DNA of 64,000 nucleotides from an uncultured Pelagibacteraceae bacterium. GTDB lineage: Bacteria; Pseudomonadota; Alphaproteobacteria; Pelagibacterales; Pelagibacteraceae. The stretch covers positions 6,507 through 70,506 of the forward strand of contig CACGTU010000005.1 in assembly GCA_902576045.1 (NCBI GenBank). The letters run 5' to 3'. Below, in pieces: positions 37,799 to 46,924 of this stretch. Every line of letters begins with the position of its first letter. Within the stretch, counting starts at the first letter, position 1. Below the pieces are notes generated by a model. It was given only the letters and a program-made list of their open reading frames with translations. It was not told the origin of the DNA and made no database searches. The position numbers were made by a program, and so were the translations under genes.

Positions 37799-38502
37799 CC
37801 ACCTAAGAAAGATCTTCTTACTTCTGGGTCTGTTAAAAGTTGATCGCCTGACCCCTCAAATTTATTTTTTCCAGTTACAAGTACATATCCTCTATCAGAG
37901 ATATTAAGTGCTTGTTTTGCATTCTGTTCAACCATAATTATGGCAACATTAGTTTTTTTTACTTTTATAATATGCTCAAATAATTCATCCATTACTATTG
38001 GTGATACACCAGCCGTTGGTTCATCTAGCATCAATACAGATGGTTCGCTCATCAAAGCTCTTCCAAGTGCCACTTGTTGTCTTTGACCACCTGATAATTG
38101 ACCAACAATTTGTGATTGTTTTTCTTTTAATATGGGAAATAGCTCATAGATATTATTAATCATTTCCTCTAATCCATCTTCTCTTAAAAAGCCTCCAATT
38201 TCCAAATTTTCCCTTACTGTTAACTCTGCAAAAACATTTCTTGTTTGAGGTACAAAAGAAATTCCTTTCTTTACTCTATCTTGAGGAGATATTTTTGAAA
38301 TATCCTCGCCATCTAAACAAACACTTCCTGATTTTAAAGTAAGAAGACCTAACATAGCTTTCATTGCTGTAGATTTTCCTGCTCCGTTTGGTCCAAGTAT
38401 GGCTACTATTTCTCCTCTATTAGCATTTATATTACACGAGTTAATAATATCAGGTCCATCTCCGTAACCAGCTGTCATTTTAATTCCCTCAAAAAAAGCC
38501 AT
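37795..38502 (-). CDS. livF: Branched-chain amino acid ABC ATPase
   Basis: GPNGAGKS, LSGGQRQ, LDEP, VEQN. Confidence 0.9.
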   Translation of the reverse strand: MAFFEGIKMTAGYGDGPDIINSCNINANRGEIVAILGPNGAGKSTAMKAMLGLLTLKSGSVCLDGEDISKISPQDRVKKGISFVPQTRNVFAELTVRENLEIGGFLREDGLEEMINNIYELFPILKEKQSQIVGQLSGGQRQQVALGRALMSEPSVLMLDEPTAGVSPIVMDELFEHIIKVKKTNVAIIMVEQNAKQALNISDRGYVLVTGKNKFEGSGDQLLTDPEVRRSFLGG

Positions 38503-39287
38503 TATTTTCCTTTTGAAACTGTAGATTTTCCAAGATAACTCTCTATTACCCTTTCATTTTTTTTTACTTCCTCAGACTTACCTTCAAACAACACTGAACC
38601 TTCGGCCATTACGATAACTGGATCACACATTCTGCTTATAAAATCCATATCATGTTCAATCATACAAAAAGTATAATTTTTTTCTTTATTTAATTTTAAA
38701 ATTGCAGTTCCTAAATCTTTGAGTAATGACCTATTTACTCCTGCTCCAACTTCATCTAATAAAACTAACTTAGCATCGACCATCATTGTTCTGCCTAATT
38801 CGAGAAGTTTTTTTTGACCTCCAGATAGATTTCCTGCTCTCTCGTTTGCTAAATGTTTTAAATTTAAAAATTCAATTACTTCGTATGCTTTTAATCTATT
38901 AACTTCCTCCTCTTCTTTTACTTTTTTAGGTTTTAGAAGTGCATTTAATAAATTTTCACCAGATTGATTAGGCGGAACCATCATCAAGTTTTCAAGCACA
39001 CTTAAATTTGAAAATTCATGTGCTATTTGAAAAGTTCTTAAAAGTCCTTTTGAAAATAGTTCATGAGAAGGTAAATCAGTAATCTTTTCATTATTAAAAA
39101 TAACACTACCCTTAGAAGATTTTAAATTTCCAGCAATTAAATTAAACAGGGTAGTTTTTCCTGAACCATTTGGACCAATTATTCCAGTTATAGAGCCTTT
39201 TTTAATTTTAAGAGAGCAATTAGATACTGCCGCTAATCCACCAAAATATTTTGATAGATTTTCTACCTGTAAAATACTTTCAGACAT
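38502..39287 (-). CDS. livG: Branched-chain amino acid ABC ATPase
   Basis: FGGL, GPNGSGKT, RTFQ, LSGGQ, IEHDM. Confidence 0.9.
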   Translation of the reverse strand: MSESILQVENLSKYFGGLAAVSNCSLKIKKGSITGIIGPNGSGKTTLFNLIAGNLKSSKGSVIFNNEKITDLPSHELFSKGLLRTFQIAHEFSNLSVLENLMMVPPNQSGENLLNALLKPKKVKEEEEVNRLKAYEVIEFLNLKHLANERAGNLSGGQKKLLELGRTMMVDAKLVLLDEVGAGVNRSLLKDLGTAILKLNKEKNYTFCMIEHDMDFISRMCDPVIVMAEGSVLFEGKSEEVKKNERVIESYLGKSTVSKGK

Positions 39288-39292
39288 TTAAT

Positions 39293-40060
39293 TTATTTTT
39301 TAAGACGCTTAAGAATACTATTTGTAGTTTTGTTTAAAGATTTATAAAAGCCAGATTTTCTAAGTTCATTTACAGCTTGTTCATTTAAACCTTTTGGAGT
39401 TTGTGAATTTTGAACCAACAATTTTAAATCATTTTTTGAATTAATTTTTGCATCCTCAGAAAGAGCTATAAAAAGAGATGTAATATATTTTTGTGCATCT
39501 GATTTACTTATTCCCTTTTGATAAAGCCATATCGACAGTGTGTTTAATAATTGATAAAAAGGTGCCATCATAGATGAAGTAGACCAAAAATTTAAAGACA
39601 AATTCTCATTTTCTATCTCAACTGTTGTTCCTAAGTGATCAAAGAATTTTTTAACACTTTTATTGGGTGGATATAAAGGAATAGGTCCTTTTCTTATTGA
39701 AATTGGGGGTAGTGGTATAGCCCTAAAAATTTTAGATTTCATATTTGTATATTTTTTAAGATCTTTCATTTTTATTGTAGAGATAAAGCTAATTATTGTT
39801 TGATTTTTTTTAAATTTGAGCTCTGGTAAAATTTTGTGTCCTACTTCTGGAGTGACTGATAAAAAAATCCAATTGCTGTTATTTATTATTTCCTGATTAT
39901 TATTTAATACTAAAATTTTTTTACTTTTTCTCTTTAAACTCGATGAAATTTTATTGTTTCTTTTGGAAACTATAATTCTTCTTATTTTGAGTTTTGATCC
40001 TAAAATTCCATGGATTACAGATTTTGTAATATAGCCTGTACCAATAAATCCAATTTTCAT
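39293..40060 (-). CDS. proC: Pyrroline-5-carboxylate reductase family protein
   Basis: GFIGTGYI, RAIPLP, QTPKGLNEQ. Confidence 0.75.
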   Translation of the reverse strand: MKIGFIGTGYITKSVIHGILGSKLKIRRIIVSKRNNKISSSLKRKSKKILVLNNNQEIINNSNWIFLSVTPEVGHKILPELKFKKNQTIISFISTIKMKDLKKYTNMKSKIFRAIPLPPISIRKGPIPLYPPNKSVKKFFDHLGTTVEIENENLSLNFWSTSSMMAPFYQLLNTLSIWLYQKGISKSDAQKYITSLFIALSEDAKINSKNDLKLLVQNSQTPKGLNEQAVNELRKSGFYKSLNKTTNSILKRLKK

Positions 40061-40138
40061 GATAAATATTATTATTACTATTACTAAATTAAATTAATTA
40101 ATAAAAAAAGAATTAACTTAGTAATTAAATTGTCTAAA

Positions 40139-40645
40139 TTACTTGTTGCATACTCCTATAGAATTGGGACCACATGTTTCTCCATTGGTCCATAGGGCTC
40201 CTATTAGATTAGCCCCATCAAAATTTGCATTTGTAATATTTGATGATGTAAAATTTGCCTCCATCAAATTAGAATTTTGAAAATTTGCTTCAATTAGTGT
40301 TGATCCCATAAAGTCTGCTCTAGTCAAATTAGCACCAGTAAAATTGGCCTTTTCAAAGTTTGCACCAACTAAAATAGACTCATATAAATTTGCTCTGATA
40401 AAACTTGATTCAGGAAAAGTTCCAAAAGACAAATTTGAACTCATCATAATGCTTTTATCAAAGTTTACTTGAATAAAACTTGTAAAAGATAATTTTGAAT
40501 TCGGTAGATAACTGCCTTGTAAATCTTGCCCGTCAGAAAATCGACAATTAGTATAATCGACACCATCATTAATTGGATCCTCACATCCAGCAATTGCATT
40601 TGTAGAAATTAAAACAAATAATATTAAAACAAATATTTTTTTCAT
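40139..40645 (-). CDS. Secreted pentapeptide repeat protein
   Basis: Signal peptide, repeated A-N/D-L/F-x-x units, Cys caps at both ends. Confidence 0.85.
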   Translation of the reverse strand: MKKIFVLILFVLISTNAIAGCEDPINDGVDYTNCRFSDGQDLQGSYLPNSKLSFTSFIQVNFDKSIMMSSNLSFGTFPESSFIRANLYESILVGANFEKANFTGANLTRADFMGSTLIEANFQNSNLMEANFTSSNITNANFDGANLIGALWTNGETCGPNSIGVCNK

Positions 40646-40702
40646 ATTAAATAGTAAGTTAATAAATGTGAATGATAACAGAAAAATACATAGATGAACT
40701 AG

Positions 40703-41317
40703 CTAATATTTTTGAGTTATAGCTATTAAACAAGCAATAATAATTAGAACACACGCTGAAATTGTGTTTATTGTTTTTGGTTTTGCTTTAATCAAGATAA
40801 TTAATTTGTTTGCTAGCAAAGCATACCCGATCAAAGATAAAAAATCTAAAGTCATGTATGTAAAGATTAAGATTATAAATTGGATATTATAGTTAGAATT
40901 AAAATCAATAAACTGTGGAAAAATAAATGGGAAAAACATCCAGGCTTTTGGGCTAGTTCCTGCAACTAAAAAACCATCTTTAAAAAAGGATAAGTTGCTT
41001 TTAGAAATATTATTATTTTTAGAAATATCTTTTGGTCTGGATTTATAAATATCGTAAGCCAAATATAATAAATATATTATACCTGCCCACTTAAAAATAT
41101 TTAAAACTTTTGGATTGTCTAAAAAAAAAGATCCTATTACAAATATAACTAGAGTGGCTTGGACGAAATTAGCTATTACATCACCACTTGCTGACCATAT
41201 ACATTTTTTCACTCCATAATTAATGGAATATGAAATAATAACTACTCGAGGAGTACCAGGAGTAATGAATAAAAAAATTATAATTTGAAGAAAAAGAAAA
41301 AAATCTGGGGGGAGCAT
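40703..41317 (-). CDS. rhtB: LysE/RhtB family exporter
   Basis: ITPG, KWAGIIYLLYLA, GFLVAGTSPKA, FPQF. Confidence 0.85.
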   Translation of the reverse strand: MLPPDFFLFLQIIIFLFITPGTPRVVIISYSINYGVKKCIWSASGDVIANFVQATLVIFVIGSFFLDNPKVLNIFKWAGIIYLLYLAYDIYKSRPKDISKNNNISKSNLSFFKDGFLVAGTSPKAWMFFPFIFPQFIDFNSNYNIQFIILIFTYMTLDFLSLIGYALLANKLIILIKAKPKTINTISACVLIIIACLIAITQKY

Positions 41318-41321
41318 ATAG

Positions 41322-41368
41322 GATAGTCCTAAAAAACCGGGAGCTAAAGATGGCTAGATAGGACTATC
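41322..41368 (-). ncRNA. Bulged hairpin in the rhtB 5' UTR (probably the SAR11 rhtB RNA motif)
   Basis: Perfect 10-bp arms GAUAGUCCUA/UAGGACUAUC, inner AGCC/GGUU stem; 3' arm holds an AGGA SD 9 nt before AUG. Confidence 0.6.
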
Positions 41369-41434
41369 TAAAAGTGATAATATCACACCTTAACTTATTT
41401 GCATTAAAATTTTTTTTAAATTAACTGAATTTTC

Positions 41435-41731
41435 ATGAAAAAAAGTCACAGACCAGTAACAAGAGTAAAAAACCCAGAGCCCAAAATGGGCAGTTCAGAT
41501 TGGGTAATCTGGGCAGCCTGGGCGGACCGTATTACGTTTGAAGATATAGAAAAAAAAACTGGGAAGACTGAAAGCGAGGTCATTAAGATAATGAGAAGAT
41601 CTCTAAAACCTTCATCATTTAGATTGTGGAGAAAAAGAGTAAATTCTCAAAGCATAAAACATAGAAAAAAATTTGAATATTCAAGAAAGCTTATAAGATC
41701 GAAGATAAAAAAAGAAGAATATTTAGACTAG
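41435..41731 (+). CDS. TIGR03643/DUF2805 family protein
   Basis: AWADRITFEDI, EVIKIMRRSLKPSSFRLWRKRV. Confidence 0.8.
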   Translation: MKKSHRPVTRVKNPEPKMGSSDWVIWAAWADRITFEDIEKKTGKTESEVIKIMRRSLKPSSFRLWRKRVNSQSIKHRKKFEYSRKLIRSKIKKEEYLD

Positions 41732-41762
41732 TAATTACAGATAATAGAATTATATAAAGCTA

Positions 41763-42017
41763 ATGAAAAATATCACTGTTTACTCTGGTCCACTTTGTGC
41801 TTTTTGTGATGCTGCAAAAAGATTATTAGGTAGAAATAATTTAGAATATAAAGAAATAGATATATCAACAGATCCAAATTTAATGGATGAGATGATTAAA
41901 AAAGCCGGTGGTAAAAGAACAATTCCTCAAATTTTTTTTGAAGAGCATCATGTTGGTGGGTATCAAGAATTAAGAGAGTTAGAAAAAAACGGAACTTTAT
42001 TAACCAGCTTAAAGTGA
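41763..42017 (+). CDS. grxC: Glutaredoxin 3
   Basis: CAFC, RTIPQIF, HVGG. Confidence 0.9.
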   Translation: MKNITVYSGPLCAFCDAAKRLLGRNNLEYKEIDISTDPNLMDEMIKKAGGKRTIPQIFFEEHHVGGYQELRELEKNGTLLTSLK

Positions 42018-42030
42018 TTTAATTATATAA

Positions 42031-42888
42031 TTAATTTGCAACAAATATTGCTTGGAAAGGGCCGCTTCCTATGTGAATTGCGTCTCCTCCACCAGAATTC
42101 AGTGACATTCCCTCGCCTAGATTAAAACTCATTGTTAAAGAAGTTGTTGCGTCAGTAATTGTTATTGAGTCTGCAAAAGTAACCATACCTTCAAGTTTAT
42201 CTACTTCTCCTTCATTTGCAGCTAAATGTCCATTTGTATCAACTAAAATTCCTTTAATCTCTGCAGATGTATTATTAATGTTTGTTGCAGTTGCAATTCT
42301 AGTCCAAGAGTCACCTGAACCACCAAAATGTGTTAAAGTTTCAGTAAATTTTCCGGCTGTAACTGCGCTTGACGAACAAACTGAGTTATTTGTATGCGAT
42401 CCACTGCCTTTAGTATGACTACCAGATCCAGCAACTGTTCCACAAAAAACACCTGATCCGCTTGAAAGACCATCCATTGAACCATCTATTTGAAAAGATG
42501 CAGTTATTCCAAATGAATTATTCATTACCGCATATCCGTGGGTATAGGTACCATTTGCAGGTTTGGTGTAAGTTCCCGTAAGAGCTACATCAGCATTCTG
42601 TGAAACTGAAGCTGTCGCGCCACTCGCATTATTAAATACCTGGCTACAATTAGTTAAGTCTACTGTTGCAGTGACGGTTGGTAGTGTTGGAGAACTTGTG
42701 CACAAATACATCTTATAAATAACAATTTCATACAAGTCTGGAGTATATTCGCATCCACTTTTTATTTCAGCCTCTGAAAGGACGCCGCTAGTTGTGCTAC
42801 ATGCAGCTGCTTTAGCCTCATTGGTAAATGATAACTCAAATATAAATATTGTTGCTAATATGAGTAATAAATTTCTAAATATTTTCAT
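42031..42888 (-). CDS. Secreted Ser/Thr/Gly-rich hypothetical protein
   Basis: Signal peptide ending AKA, six Cys, beta-rich composition; abuts the inverse autotransporter gene. Confidence 0.75.
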   Translation of the reverse strand: MKIFRNLLLILATIFIFELSFTNEAKAAACSTTSGVLSEAEIKSGCEYTPDLYEIVIYKMYLCTSSPTLPTVTATVDLTNCSQVFNNASGATASVSQNADVALTGTYTKPANGTYTHGYAVMNNSFGITASFQIDGSMDGLSSGSGVFCGTVAGSGSHTKGSGSHTNNSVCSSSAVTAGKFTETLTHFGGSGDSWTRIATATNINNTSAEIKGILVDTNGHLAANEGEVDKLEGMVTFADSITITDATTSLTMSFNLGEGMSLNSGGGDAIHIGSGPFQAIFVAN

Positions 42889-43737
42889 TTAAAATCCTCC
42901 CGCTTTTACAGTAAACGCTGATCCACTTTTAACAATAATATTTTCTCTCCTTACTTTATCGTATTTTTGATCAGCTATTGAAGTTTTTTCAAATACTTCT
43001 TCACTAATAAATTCACGATCTTTATTTACTTTATTTGTACTAAACCTTAATTGTAGGAACCATTCATCTGTATGATGATCATAATTTGTGTGTCCCAATT
43101 CAAATGTTAAACCAGAGTTTGGTACCTCGACTTTTGTTGTATACTCATAGCCCTCAAAATCATTACCACTTGGAACATCAAATTTAAAAGCTTTCGTATA
43201 AAAAGTAGAGGATGGTATATAAGGTATTTGAGCACCAAATTCTAAATCATACCCATCCAAAGCTTCTTCTGCCTTACTATTTTTTCCTGTTTTGCTATCA
43301 CTGTTTGAAAAATATTGATTGTAATTTAATTCTAAATATGAAGATTTTATTTCTCCCCCTAAGCTCATTCTTGAATGATCATAATCTAATTCGTGGTCAT
43401 AAAATGCATTTAAACCATACATAGTTGTTTCATCCTCTGAGATATATCTTTTCCCAATACCAAGGTTTAATGTCTCTCTATCTCCATCATGCATAAAAAA
43501 AGAGCCTTGAAAGAAAGTTAGTTCTTCATCACTTTCATTAAGAGGCTTGAAAGTTTGTATGCTCAGTTCAGGTTTTGTCTCTTCAGTAGTTCTTATAGTA
43601 AAGTCTGTGTGTTCGAAATTTCCATCTAAAAATGTCTCTAAAGAATTAAAAAAATTATCTTTGACTTGTTTAATATCTGCTAATGAAATAGTGGCAAAAG
43701 AAAGTACAAAAATAAACAGCTTCAATAGAAACTTCAT
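42889..43737 (-). CDS. Inverse autotransporter (intimin/invasin) beta-barrel domain without passenger
   Basis: NLGIGKRY, GLNAFYD, HSRMSLGGE, ALDGYDLE, VRRENIIV, then ends after about 12 aa. Confidence 0.8.
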   Translation of the reverse strand: MKFLLKLFIFVLSFATISLADIKQVKDNFFNSLETFLDGNFEHTDFTIRTTEETKPELSIQTFKPLNESDEELTFFQGSFFMHDGDRETLNLGIGKRYISEDETTMYGLNAFYDHELDYDHSRMSLGGEIKSSYLELNYNQYFSNSDSKTGKNSKAEEALDGYDLEFGAQIPYIPSSTFYTKAFKFDVPSGNDFEGYEYTTKVEVPNSGLTFELGHTNYDHHTDEWFLQLRFSTNKVNKDREFISEEVFEKTSIADQKYDKVRRENIIVKSGSAFTVKAGGF

Positions 43738-43773
43738 AAGATAACTATACGTTTTAATAGTTAAGAATGATAG

Positions 43774-44145
43774 CTAATTTTCTTCCTTAAAAACTAGGCA
43801 AACACCGTTATTACAATACCTTTTCCCAGTTGGTTCAGGGCCATCCTCAAAGATATGACCATGATGACCCCCGCAATTCTTGCAATGATATTCTGTTCTT
43901 GCGTAACCTAAGTGATAATCAGTTTTTGTTTCAAATACATCAGGTAAAGATTTATAAAATGATGGCCACCCTGACCCACTTTCATATTTGGTATCAGAGT
44001 TAAATAACTTTACGCCACAATTTGCACAATAATAATTACCTTTTCTTTTTTCATAATTTAATTCACTAGAACCAGGTCTTTCTGTTCCCTCTTCAAATAA
44101 AATAAGTTTTTGTTCAGCCGTTAAATTAGGATTATTTTTTGACAT
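43774..44145 (-). CDS. msrB: Peptide methionine-R-sulfoxide reductase
   Basis: GTERP, CANC, SGSGWPSF, CKNCGGHHGH, RYCNNG; ATG 44145 preferred. Confidence 0.92.
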   Translation of the reverse strand: MSKNNPNLTAEQKLILFEEGTERPGSSELNYEKRKGNYYCANCGVKLFNSDTKYESGSGWPSFYKSLPDVFETKTDYHLGYARTEYHCKNCGGHHGHIFEDGPEPTGKRYCNNGVCLVFKEEN

Positions 44146-44146
44146 A

Positions 44147-45040
44147 TTAAATATATCTAGCACAAGTTTTGTGTAAACTAGAGTGTAATTCAATTAGTTT
44201 ATTAAAATCTTTGTTATACCCACCGCCTAATACTCCACAAATCGGTATTCTTTTTGAAAAAAAGTTATCAATTATAATATTATCTCTTAAATTTATACCT
44301 TGATCAGTAAGTTTTAATTTTCCCAATCGGTCTTCATGATGGACATCAACGCCAGCTATATAAAAAATAAAATCGAAGTTCTCATCATTTAAATTTACTA
44401 AATTAAACTTTAATATATCTAAATACTCTTTATCTTCAGTGTTATCTTTAAGCTCAACATCTAAGTCACTTAATGATTTTTTTGCAGGGTAATTGGACTT
44501 TGAATGCATGCTAAAAGTAAAAACATTTCTATTATCTTTAAATATATCTGAGTTTCCATTTCCTTGATGAACATCGAGATCAACTATTAATATTTTATTA
44601 GCAAGGCCTCTTTTTAATAAATATTGTGCTGCAACAGCTACATCATTAAAAACACAATAACCTGCACCACCATCAAAATTTGCATGATGAGAGCCTCCAG
44701 CAGTATTGCATGCTATTCCATAATTTATTGCAAGTTTCGATGCTAAAACCGTTCCGCCAGTAGCAACAAAAGATCTTCTTACAACACTATCATTTAATGG
44801 AAAGCCAATTTTTTTAATATCTTTTTCACTTAATTTTTTATTTTGTACATCTAAAATATATTTTTCTGAATGTGCCTCTTTTAAAGTTTCAATTGAACAC
44901 GGAGTTGGTTCATAAAATTTTGAAACAATTTTTTTCTCAATTAAATGTTTAGCTAGTTCACCAAATTTTTTTATTGGAAATTTGTGGTCATCATCGATTT
45001 TAGCAACATAATCTTTATGATTTACAACAGGAAGTTCCAT
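44147..45040 (-). CDS. Histone deacetylase family protein
   Basis: GGSHHA, GYCVFND, DLDVHQGNG, GGGY. Confidence 0.9.
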   Translation of the reverse strand: MELPVVNHKDYVAKIDDDHKFPIKKFGELAKHLIEKKIVSKFYEPTPCSIETLKEAHSEKYILDVQNKKLSEKDIKKIGFPLNDSVVRRSFVATGGTVLASKLAINYGIACNTAGGSHHANFDGGAGYCVFNDVAVAAQYLLKRGLANKILIVDLDVHQGNGNSDIFKDNRNVFTFSMHSKSNYPAKKSLSDLDVELKDNTEDKEYLDILKFNLVNLNDENFDFIFYIAGVDVHHEDRLGKLKLTDQGINLRDNIIIDNFFSKRIPICGVLGGGYNKDFNKLIELHSSLHKTCARYI

Positions 45041-45042
45041 AA

Positions 45043-45993
45043 TTATTCGATAACTCTAATTGGTTTTCCAGATACACATGCCTCTAGGTTTTCAATCATT
45101 TGATTATAATAAATTGAATAATTCTCAGCGGTTACATAACCTATGTGGGGAACTAATAAAGCATTTGGTAAAAATCTTAATTTGTGACTGGAAGGCAAAG
45201 GCTCTTTGTCATAAACATCGATTCCAGCACCTGCAATTTGATTTGTGGAAAGTGCAATGATTAAATCATCTTCATTTACGATAGGCCCTCTAGATGTATT
45301 TATTAAAAAGGCTGTTTTTTTCATTTTATCAAACTCTGCTAGCTTAATACAATCTCTGTATCTTTCTCCACCTTGAACATGAATAGATATAAAATCTGAA
45401 TTTTGAATTAAATCTTCTTTACTACACGGTAAAACATCTAGCTCTTTACATTTATCTAAACTTAAATTTTCACTCCAAGCCATAACTTCCATGCCAAATG
45501 CTTTTCCAATTTTTGCAACTTGTGAACCAACACGACCAAGTCCAATTAAACCCAATATTTTCCCTTTGAGCTCAACTCCAATTGTTGTCTGCCAATATCC
45601 TTGAAACATATTGTCAATTTCAGTTTTAAGGTTTCTTGCTAATCCTAAAATTAAAGCCCAAGTTAACTCTGGAGTTGGATTTAAATTAGAATCGGTGCCA
45701 GTAACAATGATTTTTTTCTTTTTACAAGCTTCAAGATCAATTGACTTATTTCTCATTCCGCTTGTTGCAACATATTTTAATTTTTTTAAGTTATTAATTA
45801 AGTTAGCAGTAATCTTAGTTCGCTCCCGCATTATCAATAAAGCCTCAAAATCTTTCAATTTTTCTAAAGCATCTTCTTCACTTTCAAAAGGTTCTTTAAA
45901 AACTTCTATTTCAAATTTTCCTGATAGTTTTTTAAGATCTACAAACTCTTGGGCAACGTTTTGGTAGTCATCTAATATTGCAACTTTAAGCAT
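45043..45993 (-). CDS. D-2-hydroxyacid dehydrogenase family protein
   Basis: GLGRVG, INTSRG, DVYDKEP, PHIGY; ATG 45993 preferred. Confidence 0.88.
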   Translation of the reverse strand: MLKVAILDDYQNVAQEFVDLKKLSGKFEIEVFKEPFESEEDALEKLKDFEALLIMRERTKITANLINNLKKLKYVATSGMRNKSIDLEACKKKKIIVTGTDSNLNPTPELTWALILGLARNLKTEIDNMFQGYWQTTIGVELKGKILGLIGLGRVGSQVAKIGKAFGMEVMAWSENLSLDKCKELDVLPCSKEDLIQNSDFISIHVQGGERYRDCIKLAEFDKMKKTAFLINTSRGPIVNEDDLIIALSTNQIAGAGIDVYDKEPLPSSHKLRFLPNALLVPHIGYVTAENYSIYYNQMIENLEACVSGKPIRVIE

Positions 45994-46897
45994 TTTTTTT
46001 ACTTTTATTTGAAAGGGATATTCCTGCAATTATGAATATTGCGCCAAGAAAATGATAAAACATGAATTTTTCTCCTAGTATTATTATGGCCATCGAAGCC
46101 CCAAAAATTGTCATCAAATGCAGAAATACTCCAGCCCTGTTTGCTCCAATAATATCAATTCCTTTAATCCAAAAAAGAAAAGCGAATATTCCAGGAAATA
46201 AAACAACGTAACTCAAAGTTAAAATAAATGGAAGTTCCAAAACAATTTTGTTTCCAAGGCTCATCTCTATAAAGTAAATAGGAGTAAGAAATATAAAACC
46301 ACATATAATTATTATTTCCAATGTAGCTAATTGAGAAATAGGATGATTTTTCTTTCTTAGTAGTGCAGAATAGATAGCCCATGATAACATTCCAATAACC
46401 ATTGAAAGATCCCCTTTATTAAATTCTAATTCTTTAATTAAGTTGATATCTGCTTTTGTAATAATAAATAAAACGCCAGTTAAAGACAAAATTACCCCTG
46501 ATATTTGAAAGATATTTGTTTTCTCAATTTTGAAAACAGACGCAAAAAATAATATCCAAACTGGAATAGTTGATATCATCAAAATACCACTTATTACTTG
46601 GGTATAATATAAAGAATAATAAACAATTGAATTAAATATTGTAATACTTGTAATACCAAGTAAAAAAAATAATCCTAGGTTTTGAAATATATAATCTTTA
46701 TTACTGAACACTTCCTTAAAAGTAAAAGGAAATAGAATTAGGAAAGCAAATAACCATCTATAGAAATTTAGTGAGAACGGTGGGATTTCATAAAAGCTTG
46801 CAGCTTTGCCAACAATAAAATTACCAGACCAAAACAAAGCTGCTAATGTCAAAAATAAATAAGCTTTAGAATTACTGTTATTTATTTGAAAGCTCAT
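45986..46897 (-). CDS. DMT/EamA family transporter
   Basis: FWSGNF, about 10 TM helices, LGEK. Confidence 0.85.
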   Translation of the reverse strand: MSFQINNSNSKAYLFLTLAALFWSGNFIVGKAASFYEIPPFSLNFYRWLFAFLILFPFTFKEVFSNKDYIFQNLGLFFLLGITSITIFNSIVYYSLYYTQVISGILMISTIPVWILFFASVFKIEKTNIFQISGVILSLTGVLFIITKADINLIKELEFNKGDLSMVIGMLSWAIYSALLRKKNHPISQLATLEIIIICGFIFLTPIYFIEMSLGNKIVLELPFILTLSYVVLFPGIFAFLFWIKGIDIIGANRAGVFLHLMTIFGASMAIIILGEKFMFYHFLGAIFIIAGISLSNKSKKNA

Positions 46898-46924
46898 TTA
46901 AAAATTGTATTAAAAAGATAATTA

